64,000 bases of DNA, taken from positions 62,001 through 126,000 of the forward strand of contig NIVC01001899.1 of the NCBI GenBank assembly GCA_002269645.1, given 5' to 3'. The notes beneath the pieces are model-generated. The model made no database searches, had not been told where the DNA came from, and saw only the letters and a program-made list of their open reading frames with translations. Of this stretch, positions 37,574 through 60,900 are shown piece after piece. The DNA comes from Macrostomum lignano (taxonomy: Eukaryota). The stretch's first letter is position 1. Every line of letters begins with the position of its first letter. Both the position numbers and the translations under genes were made by a program.

Positions 37574-40500
37574 GCGTCAGCAGCAGCGGCATCACGGCTT
37601 CGCGTGCTGGTCACGCGTCAACTGCCTGACAAATTCACGGCCAGCCTGCGTAGACAGCTGCAACACCTGGAAATTGTCACCTGGCCCAGCGCTACCCAAC
37701 CCGTTGAAAGGAAATTCCTACTAGACGAGGCGGCAAAGATCGACGGCCTATTGTGCCTGCTCACCGATCGGGTTGACGCCGAATTCCTTGGCCGAGTTGA
37801 TCCGGCCAGGTTCCGCGCGGTCAGCACCATGTCGGTTGGCGTGGATCACATCGACGTGGCCGCCTGTCGCGCGGCCGGCGTTCGAATCGGCTACACGCCG
37901 GGCGTGCTGACCGAGGGCACCGCGGATCTGGCTTTGGCACTGCTGCTGGCCACCGCCAGGCGTCTGCCCGCCGCTGTAGAGACGGTGCGCCAGCCCGGCG
38001 CCTGGGGGCCTTGGTGCCCGTTTGACCGGCTCTGCGGCCGGGGCATCGGCGGCTCCACAGTTGGCCTGGTTGGCTTCGGCCGGATTGGCCAGGTGTGAAA
38101 TTTCTCAGAACAGCACACAGATACTATTGTAGAATAACTAGATGGTGAGCCACTCAGCACATTTGCGTGTAAGCTACTTTCAGTTTAGTAGCAAGTTAAA
38201 CTGGACCATTTTAATGTATTTTAAAGACAAGGCTTATATATTGATTTTTACCCCCCCCCCAGCTTAAACCCTCAAACTCCACACAGAACCTCTACCCCTG
38301 CCCCGCCATCAAGTTTTTATTACCTTTCTCGGTTGTTCCAGCCTAAATCTGCCATGTACATTTCAGTGGCTAATGTACATTATGGCTGAACCAATTACCA
38401 AGCTCTATACGCCTGCAAGCTTGGCTTCTAAACTTATCGAAGTCATCTCAGCTGCCTTTAGTCTTATAAAATAGCTTATGTATTCTTCTTTGCTACTGAA
38501 CTGAAAGTAGAGTAGAAAGCTGTTTTGCTAAGTATATATGCCTGAGTGGCCCATATACTCGTAGTTATTCTAGTATCTTTAGAAGAGCATAATGATCGCT
38601 AGACAGGAGCAGAGAGTCACTTTTTTCCTATTTTACATGTGTTACCTGCAACAACTCTTCTTGGCCTGTGTACCATTTTAATTGGGATTATCATTAGAAA
38701 ATCCTAGAAAATCACAAAAAAAATCCACAAAAATCGCACAATCCGCGTGCCTAACACTCGATCATCCGCAGGCTGTTGCCAGGCGTTTAAGTGGCTTCAG
38801 GCCCGGCCGTATTGTGTACACCGGACCCCGGCCAAAGCCGGAACTAGCCGGTCCTCTCAACGCGGAATATGTCAAATTTGAGCAGCTGCTAGCCGAATCG
38901 GACTTTGTTGTTATCTGCTGTCCTGGAACGCCAGACACCAGGCATCTGTTCAATAAGGAGGCCTTCAAACTGATGCGACCGGGTTAGTGACGCTTTGCCT
39001 AGCTCTTTGTTTTGCCCTTTTATCAGGGGAACTGGGGGGAGCTGTTACATTCGCCATTCTTTCGACCTATTGTAACCTACAAAAAGCTAAGTCTTGAGTC
39101 TGTTTTTTTTTCACAGGCATCTGTGAAGTTTGTTGAAGCTTCATTTTTAGTATGTAAAAGGTTGTCTCAACTCTCAGGCGTAACGTTTTCAAGAGTTGCT
39201 GAGATCTTAACGATGAGGTTCGATCGGTTTAAGTATGGCGCTAAGCTCTTTTTAGCTAGGCTTTCGATTTCCTCTCGACCCATGTGTTACCAACATGACC
39301 AACATTCTAATCCCATTATCAATTAGTCAAATCCCATTACTAACATTCAAATCCTATTGCCAACATTCAAATCCTATTGCCAACATTCAAATCCTATTGC
39401 CAACATTCAAATCCCATTACCAATATTCAAATCCCATTACCAACATTCAAATCCCATTATCAATTATTCAGATCCCATTACCAATATTCAAATCCCATTA
39501 CCAATATTCAAATCCCATTACCAACATTAAAATCCCATTACCGACATTCAAATCCTATTGCCAACATTCAAATCCCATTACCAACATTGAAATCCCATTA
39601 CCAACATTGAAATCCAATTGCCAACATTCAAATCCCATTGCCAACATTGAAATCCAATTGCCAACATTCAAATCCCATTGCCAACATTCAACTCCCATTG
39701 CCAATTATTCAAATCCCATTACCGACATTCAAATCCCATTACCAACATTCAAATCCCATTACCGACATGAAAATACCATTTCCAACATGAAAATCCCATT
39801 ACCGACATTCAAATCCCATTACCGACATGAAAATACCATTTCCAACATGAAAATCCCATTACCGACATTCAAATCCCATTACCGACATTCAAATCCTATT
39901 GCCAACATTCAAATCCCATTACCAACATTGAAATCCCATTACCAACATTGAAATCCAATTGCCAACATTCAAATCCCATTGCCGACATTGAAATCCAATT
40001 GCCAACATTCAAATCCCATTGCCAACATTCAACTCCAATTGCCAATTATTCAAATCCCATTACCGACATTAAAATCCCATTACCAACATTCAAATCCCAT
40101 TACCGACATGAAAATCCCATTTCCAACATGAAAATCCCATTACCGACATTCAAATCCCATTGCCAACATTGAAATCCAATTGCCAACATTCAAATCCCAT
40201 TGCGAACATTCAACTCCCATTGCCAATTAGTCAAATCCCATTGCCAACATTCAAATCCCATTGCCAACATTCAAATCTCATTTCTAACATTCAAATCCCA
40301 TTGCCAACATTCGGGTTAGAAGCAACGCACCCGTTCGCCTTCAGACTCCATCCTGATCAACGTGTCCCGCGGCACGGTGGTGAAACAATCCGACCTGCAC
40401 GAAGCCTTGTCCAGCGGCAGCATCGGAGCCGCCGGCCTGAACGTGACCGACCCCGAGCCGCTGCCGTCCGACAGTCCGCTGCTGTCCCTGCCGAACTGCG

Positions 40501-40619
40501 TTGTACTGCCGCACATTGGCAGCGCCGATGTGGCCACCAGGGAGGCCATGGCCCAGCTGGCTGTTGACAATCTGGCTGCTGGCCTGCTGGGGCAGAAAAT
40601 GCCCGCGGAACTGCTCTGA
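37574..40619 (+). CDS. GRHPR: Glyoxylate reductase/hydroxypyruvate reductase (D-2-hydroxyacid dehydrogenase), 5'-incomplete model
   Basis: Exons 37574-38092, 38772-38982 and 40345-40619, GT-AG with matching phases. Motifs: [56 protein letters not shown]. No in-frame ATG precedes 37574 (stop at 37550), so an upstream exon was not located. Confidence 0.92.
38116..38580. mobile_element. MITE, second copy of the 7815-8233 family, in a GRHPR intron
   Basis: Same termini (cacagatact..gccactcag / ctgagtggccc..tagtatc) and a homologous interior. Near-perfect 9-bp TSD agaacagca / agaagagca. Confidence 0.8.
39345..40310. repeat. 20-bp intronic minisatellite (caacattcaaatcccattgc)n
   Basis: Directly visible. 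Confidence 0.95.
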
Positions 40620-40689
40620 CGCTGTATTAGTTTGCTGTGAGATTATCACGGCTTTTGACATGATCTGCTTGATACTGTCTTCGTGTGAG

Positions 40690-41150
40690 ATTAATCTGGT
40701 GAGATTGATTTGGGTGAGATTATCTCACAGTGTGAGACTATCTCGGAGAGTGAGATTGATTTGGGTGAGATTATCTCACAGTGTGAGACTATCTCGGAGA
40801 GTGAGATTGATTTGGGTGAGATTATCTCACAGTGTGAGACTATCTCGGAGAGTGAGATTGATTTGGGTGAGATTATCTCACAGTGTGAGACTATCTCGGA
40901 GAGTGAGATTGTTTTGGGTGAGATTATCTCGCAGTGTGAGAATGATTTAGATGAGATTATCTCGCAGTGTGAGATTGATCTAGGTGGGACTATCTCGCAG
41001 TGTGAGATTGATCTAGATGAGATTATCTCGCAGTGTGAGATTGATCTAGGTGGGACTATCTCGCAGTGTGAGATTATCTCGCAGTGTGAGATTGATCCAG
41101 GTGAGATTATCTCACAGTGTGAGATTAATCTAGGTGAGATTATCTCAAAA
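40690..41150. repeat. 51-bp minisatellite with shorter sub-units (gagattgatttgggtgagattatctcacagtgtgagactatctcggagagt)n
   Basis: Period 51 (40741 vs 40792); lies downstream of the GRHPR stop. Confidence 0.9.
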
Positions 41151-41529
41151 GTTTAGTCACGTTTAGTTTTTTGATTTTGTAGTTCCGAAAGTTTTTCTGC
41201 TCCGATTTACATGTACTTTTGCTTACTTTTGACGTGCCTGAAATGCAATCAGTTGTCATTGTGTCATTATTTCCAATCAATTGAGATTCTTTATTAATAA
41301 ATGCATGCCACATGTATCAGATTTAGGCTCTTTCGAAATATGCGACTTTTACCCTTTTTACTTAACTGCCGTTTTACCTTATTATTTTTCATGGTTTTAG
41401 TAAATAGGTAATTCTGTTGCTAACTTTGCTTTACTTTCAGCTGGCATCCTTTGCACCTGAAACTGTGTTTTACTAGATAGAATCTCATCCTTTGGTCTGC
41501 TGTCTTCGCTTCATATGTCCGAATCAAGC

Positions 41530-52500
<10,971 letters not shown>

Positions 52501-53009
52501 CTTGGGGGGGGGGGGGTCTTATAGGCTTGTCAGTGTGCACCGACCGCTATTGCTGTTATACCGTATAAATGTATCTACGGATTTGCGTTGCACTACTTAG
52601 ATGCCGAGGCATTTTCTTGTTATATAACAGTGATAGTTACTCCAGCCGTTTACCCGCTTAGAAATCCCACTTAGTAGTTCAATGTGCCAGCTGGCGTCAG
52701 TTAAATAGTTCAAAGTAACAAATTTAACAGAAGTTTGCATATCCCAAGAATAAAAATGAAATTAAAATTATAGCTGTTTTGTCATGATACTCGCTATGGG
52801 ACAAAAAACTTAAATTTTTTGTAATATATATTATTGTTGATTCGTAAAGTATATGTATCATATCAAGAGATTTCTTGTTTCCTGTTTCATTCAGCTATAA
52901 ATTGCTTGCTGTTTGAGAGATTAAATATTGCTTCATCCTAATACAGCTGATCTTTGTCTGAGGATTTTAGTTCATTTTTTCTCGTAGGCTCTCGTAGGTT
53001 GTCACACCA

Positions 53010-54240
53010 AGGATGCTACACTAGAGCAGGTCACACCAGGGATGGTACACTAGGGCATGTCACACCAGGGATGGTACACTAGGGCATGTCACACCAAGGA
53101 TGGTACACTAGGGCAGGTCACACCAGGGATGGTACACTAGGGCAGGTCACACCAAGGATGGTACACTAGGGCAGGTCACACCAAGGATGGTACACTAGGG
53201 AAGGTCACACCAGGGATAGTACACTAGGGCATGTCACACCAAGGATGGTACACTAGGGAAGGTCACACCAAGGATGGTACACTAGGGCAGGTCACACCAA
53301 GGATGGTACACTAGGGAAGGTCACACCAGGGATAGTACACTAGGGCAGGTCACACCAAGGATGGTACACTAGGGAAGGTCACACCAGGGATAGTACACTA
53401 GGGAAGGTCACACCAAGGATGGTACACTAGGGCAGGTCACACCAAGGATGGTACACTAGGGCAGGTCACACCAAGGATGGTACACTAGGGAAGGTCACAC
53501 CAAGGATGGTACACTAAGGCATGTCACACCAGGGATGGTACACTAGGGCAGGTCACACCAAGGATGGTACACTAGGGCAGGTCACACCCGGGATGGTACA
53601 CTAGGGCATGTCACACCAAGGATGGTATACTAGGGCAGGTCACACCAGGGATGGTACACTAGGGAAGGTCACACCAGGGATAGTACACTAGGGAAGGTCA
53701 CACCAAGGATGGTACACTAGGGCATGTCACACCAAGGATGGTATACTAGGGCAGGTCACACCAGGGATGGTACACTAGGGAAGGTCACACCAGGGATAGT
53801 ACACTAGGGAAGGTCACACCAAGGATGGTACACTAGGGCAGGTCACACCAAGGATGGTACACTAGGGAAGGTCACACCAAGGATGGTACACTAGGGCATG
53901 TCACACCAAGGATGGTATACTAGGGCAGGTCACACCAGGGATGGTACACTAGGGAAGGTCACACCAGGGATAGTACACTAGGGAAGGTCACACCAAGGAT
54001 GGTACACTAGGGCAGGTCACACCAAGGATGGTACACTAGGGCAGGTCACACCAAGGATGGTACACTAGGGCAGGTCACACCCGGGATGGTACACTAGGGC
54101 ATGTCACACCAAGGATGCTACACTAGGGCAGGTCACACCAGGGATGGTACACTAGGGCAGGTCACACCAAGGATGGTACACTAGGGCATGTCACACCAAG
54201 GATGGTACACTAGGGCATGTCACACCAAGGATGCTACACT
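53010..54240. repeat. 29-bp minisatellite (gtcacaccaaggatggtacactagggcag)n
   Basis: About 42 units, between TRIM23 and WDR41. Confidence 0.95.
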
Positions 54241-54447
54241 AGTGATGTTACTTGCATTAGTATATAAACTTATCACATTAAGGATATTAGTTAGTAGAAG
54301 TTAGTAGAAGTCATAAAAGCGAAATGATTAATGAATAATGATTTAATATTCCTAATAAATTGCATGACAGCCAACAAAAAGCCAACTCTGGTTTCGCAGG
54401 ATTCTCTCCCTTTTGGGTGGCCGCTGAGCATCAAGGACGCTCAGAGC

Positions 54448-57400
54448 ATGTCGCATTCCTCGGCCAATTGGCCGGCTAGCAGTCCGGATCAGCGACTGTT
54501 TGGCAGCCTGACTTTGCTAGAGGGTCATTCGACTAGCGTTAAGGTGGGTATAGTTGAAGCTGTGTGCACCCTAGCGCACTCTTAAGTGTCAAAATCCGCT
54601 ACTTGCCTACTATAGTAAGTAGGCCGTATCGCATCTATTTTGGGCTGAAACTTCAGCCACCCAAAACAACCTTCGCCAACACCGCAGGGAGTTCTACGCT
54701 GTACTGATCCAACTGAGCAGCTCGGCCAGCTCATCATCAGCTGGGCAGACGAGCCGGACATCTGCGTCTGGAGTCTGGCATCCAGGCGGGTCGTCCAGCG
54801 CCTGTCCGGACACACTGGCCGAGTGGTGGCCTGCGTAGCTCACGAGCCGGCGGGGTTAGTTCTATAGGGGTTATTACACCTATGACTCATTAATCCGCGA
54901 CTCACAGACTCATTATTCTGACCCACATGACATTCGCCCTCGGCTAATTAACCTTGATCCTGACTCTGATTCATTAACCCTTGCATTTAACCCTTTAATC
55001 CTAACCCTTGACTTTTTTTAACCCTTGACTAATTTTACCTTTGAGCATTTTCCCCTTGACCCATTTAACCCTTGATCCATTTTACCCTTAACCCATTTAA
55101 CCCTATTGACCCACGAACCCTGACCCGTGACCCACGAACCCTTACCCGTGACCCACGAACCCTTACCCGTGACCCACCGACCCTAAACCGTGACCCACCG
55201 ACCTAACCCGTGACCCATCAACCCTAACCCGTGACCCACCAACCCTAACCCGTGACCCAACAACCCTGACCTGTGACCTACGAACCCTAACCCGTGACCC
55301 ACCAACCCTGACCTGTGACCCACCAACCCTGACCTGTGACCCACCAACCCTAACCCGTGACCCAACAACCCTGGCCTGTGACCTACCAAACTTGACCCTT
55401 GACCCACCAACCCTGACCTGTGACCCACCAACCCTGACCTGTGACACACCAACCCTGACCTGTGACCCACCAACCCTGACCTGTGACCCACCAACCCTGA
55501 CCTGTGACCCACCAACCCTGACCTGTGACCCACCAACCCTGACCTGTGACCCACCAACCCTGACCTGTGACCCACCAACCCTGACCTGTGACCCACCAAC
55601 CCTGACCTGTGACCCACCAACCCTGACCTGTGACCCACCAACCCTGACCTGTGACCCACCAACCCTGACCTGTGACCCACCCTATCTACTTGTCGCCCAC
55701 CCGCCAGCCAGCTGGCCTCGTCCGGCCTGGACCCGAGCTACCAGTACCGGGTCCTGCTGCACAGCCTGTCCAACTCGCAGCCGCTGCTGTCTTGGCGCTG
55801 TCAGGCCCGAGTTCAGAAGCTGCTGGTATTGGGCGACTGCCTCCTGGCCGCTGGCGAAGGCCTCTACGCGTTCGGCCTGACGGACGGTGCCGAGCTGGCC
55901 GAGCTGGACAGCGGCCTGTTCGGCGGCGAGTGCGTCACGCACCTGGCGGCGGTGGGCCGGCGACACCTGGCCGCGGCCTACGATCGGCACCTGCGATTGT
56001 TTCGCGTCGGCGGCGGCGGCGGCGGGGGCGGCCCGCTGGCTCACGTATGCAACTCGGCTGACAGCCACCGGTGCGCCGTCACTGCTCTGGTTGGTGGCAT
56101 CGGAGTCGAGCAGGAGAAGCAGCAGCAGTTGCTGTTCGCTAGCGCCTCCCTAGACGGCGAAGTCGTGCTGTGGTCGGCCGCGACCGTCGGCTCCGGCGCG
56201 GTGTCCCGCCTGGAACGGCTGGCCCGCTTTAATCGGCACGCTGATTACGAAGGCGAGCAGAGGAAATTCCCGCATTCAGTCTGCGCCCTCCGCAGGCTGG
56301 GCGACCGCTACTTGCTGGCCGGTGTGGGCTACGGCTTTGCGGTGTTCGATCTGGTGACCGGCAGGACTGTGGTGGCCGAGCTGGCGGCGCACAGGGCTAA
56401 GGTATGTGAGATACATTCTAAGGGAGCCTGAGAATTGCCACTTCATCAATCTCACAGGGAGCCTAAGAATCGCCACTTCATCAATCACACAGGGAGCCTG
56501 AGAATCGCCACTTCATCAATCTCACAGGGAGCTTGAGAATCGCCACTTCATCAATCTCACAGGGAGCCTGAGAATCGCCACTTCATCAATCTCACAGGGA
56601 GCTTGAGAATGGCCCCGTCAATCTCACAGGGAGCCTGAGAATCGCCCCATCAATCTCACAGGGAGCCTGAGAATCGCCCCATCAATCTCACAGGGAGCCT
56701 GAGAATCGCCCCATCAATCTCACAGGGAGCCTGAGAATCGCCCCATCAATCTCACAGGGAGCCTGAGAATCGCCCCATCAATCTCACAGGGAGCCTGAGA
56801 ATCGCCCCATCAATCTCACCGGGAGCCTGAGAATCGCCCCATCAGTCTCACAGGGAGCCTGAGAATCGCCACTTCATCAATCACACAGGGAGCCTGAGAA
56901 TCGCCACTTCATCAATCTCACAGGGAGCCTGAGAATCGCCACTTCATCAATCTCACAGGGAGCCTGAGAATCGCCACTTCATCAATCACACAGGGAGCCT
57001 GAGAATCGCCACTTCATCAATCTCACAGGGAGCCTGAGAATCGCCACTTCATCAATCTCACAGGGAGCCTGAGAATCGCCACTTCATCAATCTCACAGGG
57101 AGCCTGAGAATCGCCCCATCAATCTCACAGGGAGCCTGAGAATCGCCCCATCAATCTCACAGGGAGCCTGAGAATCGCCCCATCAGTCTCACAGGGAGCC
57201 TGAGAATCGCCCTCATCACTCAAATGTCGCAGGTGTCGGACCTGCTGGTACTGACTTCGCCATCCGGTCAGCTGACTGTGGCCACCGCAGGCGAGGACGC
57301 CAGCATCCGGCTGTGGCACCTGCGCGGCTTCGAAGCGGCCGGCGTCAGCTCAACAGCCGTGGCCTCCCTGGCTGCCGCGGCCGCGGCCGCCGTCTCTGCA

Positions 57401-57616
57401 GGCGACCCGGCCGGCAGCGGCAGGGCCTCCAGCGAGCTGGCTGGCGAGCTGTACGGCCACACGACCGGAGTTCGAGCCCTGCTGGACTGCGGCAGCGAGG
57501 CCGGCCTGGTGTCATTCGGTCTGGACCACCTCATCTATCTGTGGTCGTCTGACCAGGCGGAGTTCAACTGGCTGTTCTCTGCCGCGGCCGCGGCTGTGCA
57601 AGACTGCCCCGGCTAG
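54448..57616 (+). CDS. WDR41: WD repeat protein 41-like (C9orf72-SMCR8 complex subunit), ~446 aa, 4 exons
   Basis: Exons 54448-54543, 54688-54854, 55708-56401, 57233-57616; GT-AG with matching phases. LLAGVGYGFAVFDL..AAH..VATAGEDASIRLWHLR and GELYGHTTGV..LVSFGLDHLIYLW match my recollection of human WDR41 (VFAAVGRGLYVYSL..TAH..SCSEDGSVRIWELR; GDLIGHSSSV..LVTCSADHLIILW). Confidence 0.8.
55090..55680. repeat. 21-bp intronic minisatellite (ccaccaaccctgacctgtgac)n
   Basis: In WDR41 intron 2. Confidence 0.95.
56425..57215. repeat. 32/35-bp intronic minisatellite (gggagcctgagaatcgcc[cc|acttc]atcaatctcaca)n
   Basis: In WDR41 intron 3. Confidence 0.95.
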
Positions 57617-57996
57617 CTAATCGGCTTTCATTATATTACCGCTAATTGCTTGCAAATTAGAGTCATTAAATTTAAATAAGAGTAAGTAATTGTGGCAGCT
57701 AATTATTGTTTTTATGAACTATTTTTTGAAATCTATAGTACATATTGTTCATTACTGCATGGTCGCTACGTATGTGAAAAGTAATCCCAGTGTCAATTAT
57801 CGTATTATGTTTTATAAAGGCAATAAATATATACTCTGATCCGTAGATTCTGGTGCTAATAGAATTTATAGCTAAAAACCCTTGCTGAGCTTCCACTCCA
57901 GATGTTATTTATAAAACTTCATGAATAGTAGTGCTAGTAGAAACAGACTCAATGATTGCTAAGATGCCATGGCTCACTGAGAAGTTGCTGAGATGC

Positions 57997-60900
57997 TGTG
58001 ACATAGTGACACGATGAACTTTGCTATAGGTTGCATGCACTGTAGTGTTGACTCACTAGCAGTGAAGTTGTTATTGATCGGCTTAGAGATTGTATTTTAT
58101 TCCACCCCACCCCATGCGCGCGTTTGAATCTGTCTGCACCCACCACCTCAGTGCTTAAATAAACAGCCTAGCTCTCAAGCGAGCACCTTTTACTCACTCC
58201 TGCAATTCCACACAAAGTTATCACAATGGCGACGAGTCTGCCCACGCTGGGCCAACTGCTACCATCTACAAACATCGAGATCTTCCTAGAGCGTCTCGAG
58301 CAGTACTTCATCTGCAAGGAGGTGAAGGATGAGGCAAAAGTGGCAACTCTGATCACGTCGATTGGAGAGGAGGCTTACATCACACTGCGGAGTCTGTGCC
58401 AGCCGGTCCAAGTGGCGCAGAAGTCTTACGCGGACCTGAAGAAGCTGCTGACAACGCACTTCGCACCCAAGCCTTCGGAGCTAGCTGCGAGGTTCCGTTT
58501 CCAACAACGAACTCAGCAAGCAGGCGAGAGCTTCACGGCATTCATCGCGGGGCTCCAGGCTCTGTCAGCTGACTGCAACTTCGGTGAGTCGCTAAATGAG
58601 CGGCTCCGAGACCAACTTGTGTTCGGCCTTCGAAGCGACGCCTATCGAGCCAAGCTGCTGGAAGTCGTTGAGCCGACTTTCGAATCCCTGCAAACAAAGG
58701 CTATGTCGCTGGAGTCTGCAGAGCGTTCGTCCCTGGAGATGTCACAAAGGGCATCGGAGTCTGTTGCCAATCTGCAATTTGTCAGCAAGAGAGGTAGCCG
58801 CAAGCAGGTGACACCTTCAGCGCACCACAGAGGGCATCGGGTCAGCGGCAGCGACAACGGCGGCAGCGGCAACGGCGGCAGCGGCAACGGCAGCGGCAAC
58901 GGCAGCGGCAACGGTGGCGGTGGCAGCTCATGCAAAAGCTGTGGCGGTTCCCACGAGCGTCATTCATGCAAGTTCAGGGACGCCAAGTGCCATGCATGCG
59001 GCAAGGTCGGCCATATCCGCAAGGTCTGCCAGTCTACCAAGCAGGCCAAGCTGCACATGCTACAAGAGGAGCGGATGGCACCTACTGTCGAAGGCGCGTG
59101 TGACACCCAGGTGCCCATCTTCGCAGTCCGACCAACAGGCAGAAACGCTGGACCGACAGTCATGCTGCTCGTCAACGGCCAGGAATGCCAGTTTGTCATC
59201 GACACCGGCTCTGCAGTCACGCTGATGCCGCAGCAGCTGCAGCAAAAGTTACTCCCTCAGCTACAACTGGCTCCATCGGCTGCAGTGCTGCGAACCTTCA
59301 CCAATGAACGCTTTCATCCGCGAGGCCAAGCCACAGTCTGCGTCCAGCACAACGCCCAGCAGCTACAGCTACCGCTGCTTGTAGTCGACAAAGGAGACAC
59401 GGCACTGCTGGGACGAGACTGGCTGGCTCACCTTCGGCTGGACTGGCCGACAATTATGGCCCAGGTGCACGCCGTGTCGACCGATAGCGACATCAGCGAC
59501 CTGCATGAGAGATTTGCTGCGGTGTTCGAGGACCGACTTGGCGAATATCGACACGGTAAAGTGCGGCTCAACGTCGTCGACGGTGCCCAACCTCGGTTCT
59601 TTAAAGCCCGCCCGGTTCCGTATGCACTACGAGAGCGCGTGGACGAGGAGCTGCAGAGACTGGAGGCCAACGGCATCATTTCGGCGGTTAAGCACAGCGA
59701 TTGGGCCTCTCCGATCGTTCCGGTGGTCAAGAAGGATGGCGGCGTCAGGATTTGCGGTGATTATACGCAAACTTTCAACCCGGCGTGCCTGACCGAGCAA
59801 TACCCTCTGCCTAAGATCGAGGACCTGTTTGCCAAGCTGGGAGGCGGCTGCAAGTGGACAAAACTCGATCTGTCCAATGCCTTCCTGCAGCTTCCGCTCG
59901 CCGAAGACAGCAAAGCCTTTGTCACGATCAACACGCCGAAGGGACTCTACCAGTTCAATCGCATGCCTTTTGGGATCAAGTGCGCCACTGCGATCTTCCA
60001 ACGGACGCTGGACACTCTGCTAGGAGATCTCGACTCTGTCCAGGTGTTTGTCGATGACATCCTGGTCACCGGCAAGACGATGCACCAACATAAGAAAAAC
60101 CTGGAAGAAGTTCTGCAGCGCCTTCTTGATTCGGGACTCAGGCTGAACAAGCAAAAGAGCCAGTTCTTCATGGACTCGGTCGAGTATCTGGGTTACCGCA
60201 TTGACGCATGTGGACTCAGCCCGCTGACGGACAGGGTGGCCGCAATTCAAGACGCCCCAGCGCCGAAGGATATCAGCCAGCTGCGCTCGTTCCTCGGCAT
60301 GCTGACTCAGTACGGCCGGTTCCTGCCTAACCTGTCCACCGTAGTGGCGCCGCTCAATCAGCTGCTGGCCAAGGACGTTTGTTGGACGTGGAACAAGCCG
60401 CAGCAAACCGCCTTCAGCGAAGCTAAGCGTCTGCTGCTCCATTCACCTGTGCTGGTGCATTACAATCCGGATCTGCCGCTGCGGCTCGAGTGTGACGCTT
60501 CACCATACGGAGTGGGTGTGGTGTTGTCCCATCGCATCGACAACAAAGACTGCGCAGTGGCATTCGCTAGCCGCACCCTGAACGCAGCACAGCGGGGCTA
60601 CTCGCAGCTCGACAAGGAAGCGCTGGCCATAATGTTCGGGCTGCACCGCTTCCATCAATTCCTCTACGGCCGGAGATTCACGATAGTCACTGATCACCTG
60701 CCGCTACTCGGGCTACTGGGCGAGCGGAAAGGCATCCCGGCACACGCTGCAGCCCGCATGCAGCGGTGGGCGATCCGACTGGCGAGCTATGACTATGCGC
60801 TCGAGTTTCGGCCGACGGAGAAGCACGCCAACTGCGACTCGCTGTCCCGGCTGCCATTGCCGCAGCAGTTCGAGGAGGAGACAGCAGTTAACTCGCTGCT

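Noticed and set aside
55140-55300. CCCTAA motifs suggesting interstitial telomeric repeat
   Set aside because: They are isolated hexamers inside 21-bp minisatellite variants, not a (TTAGGG)n tract.
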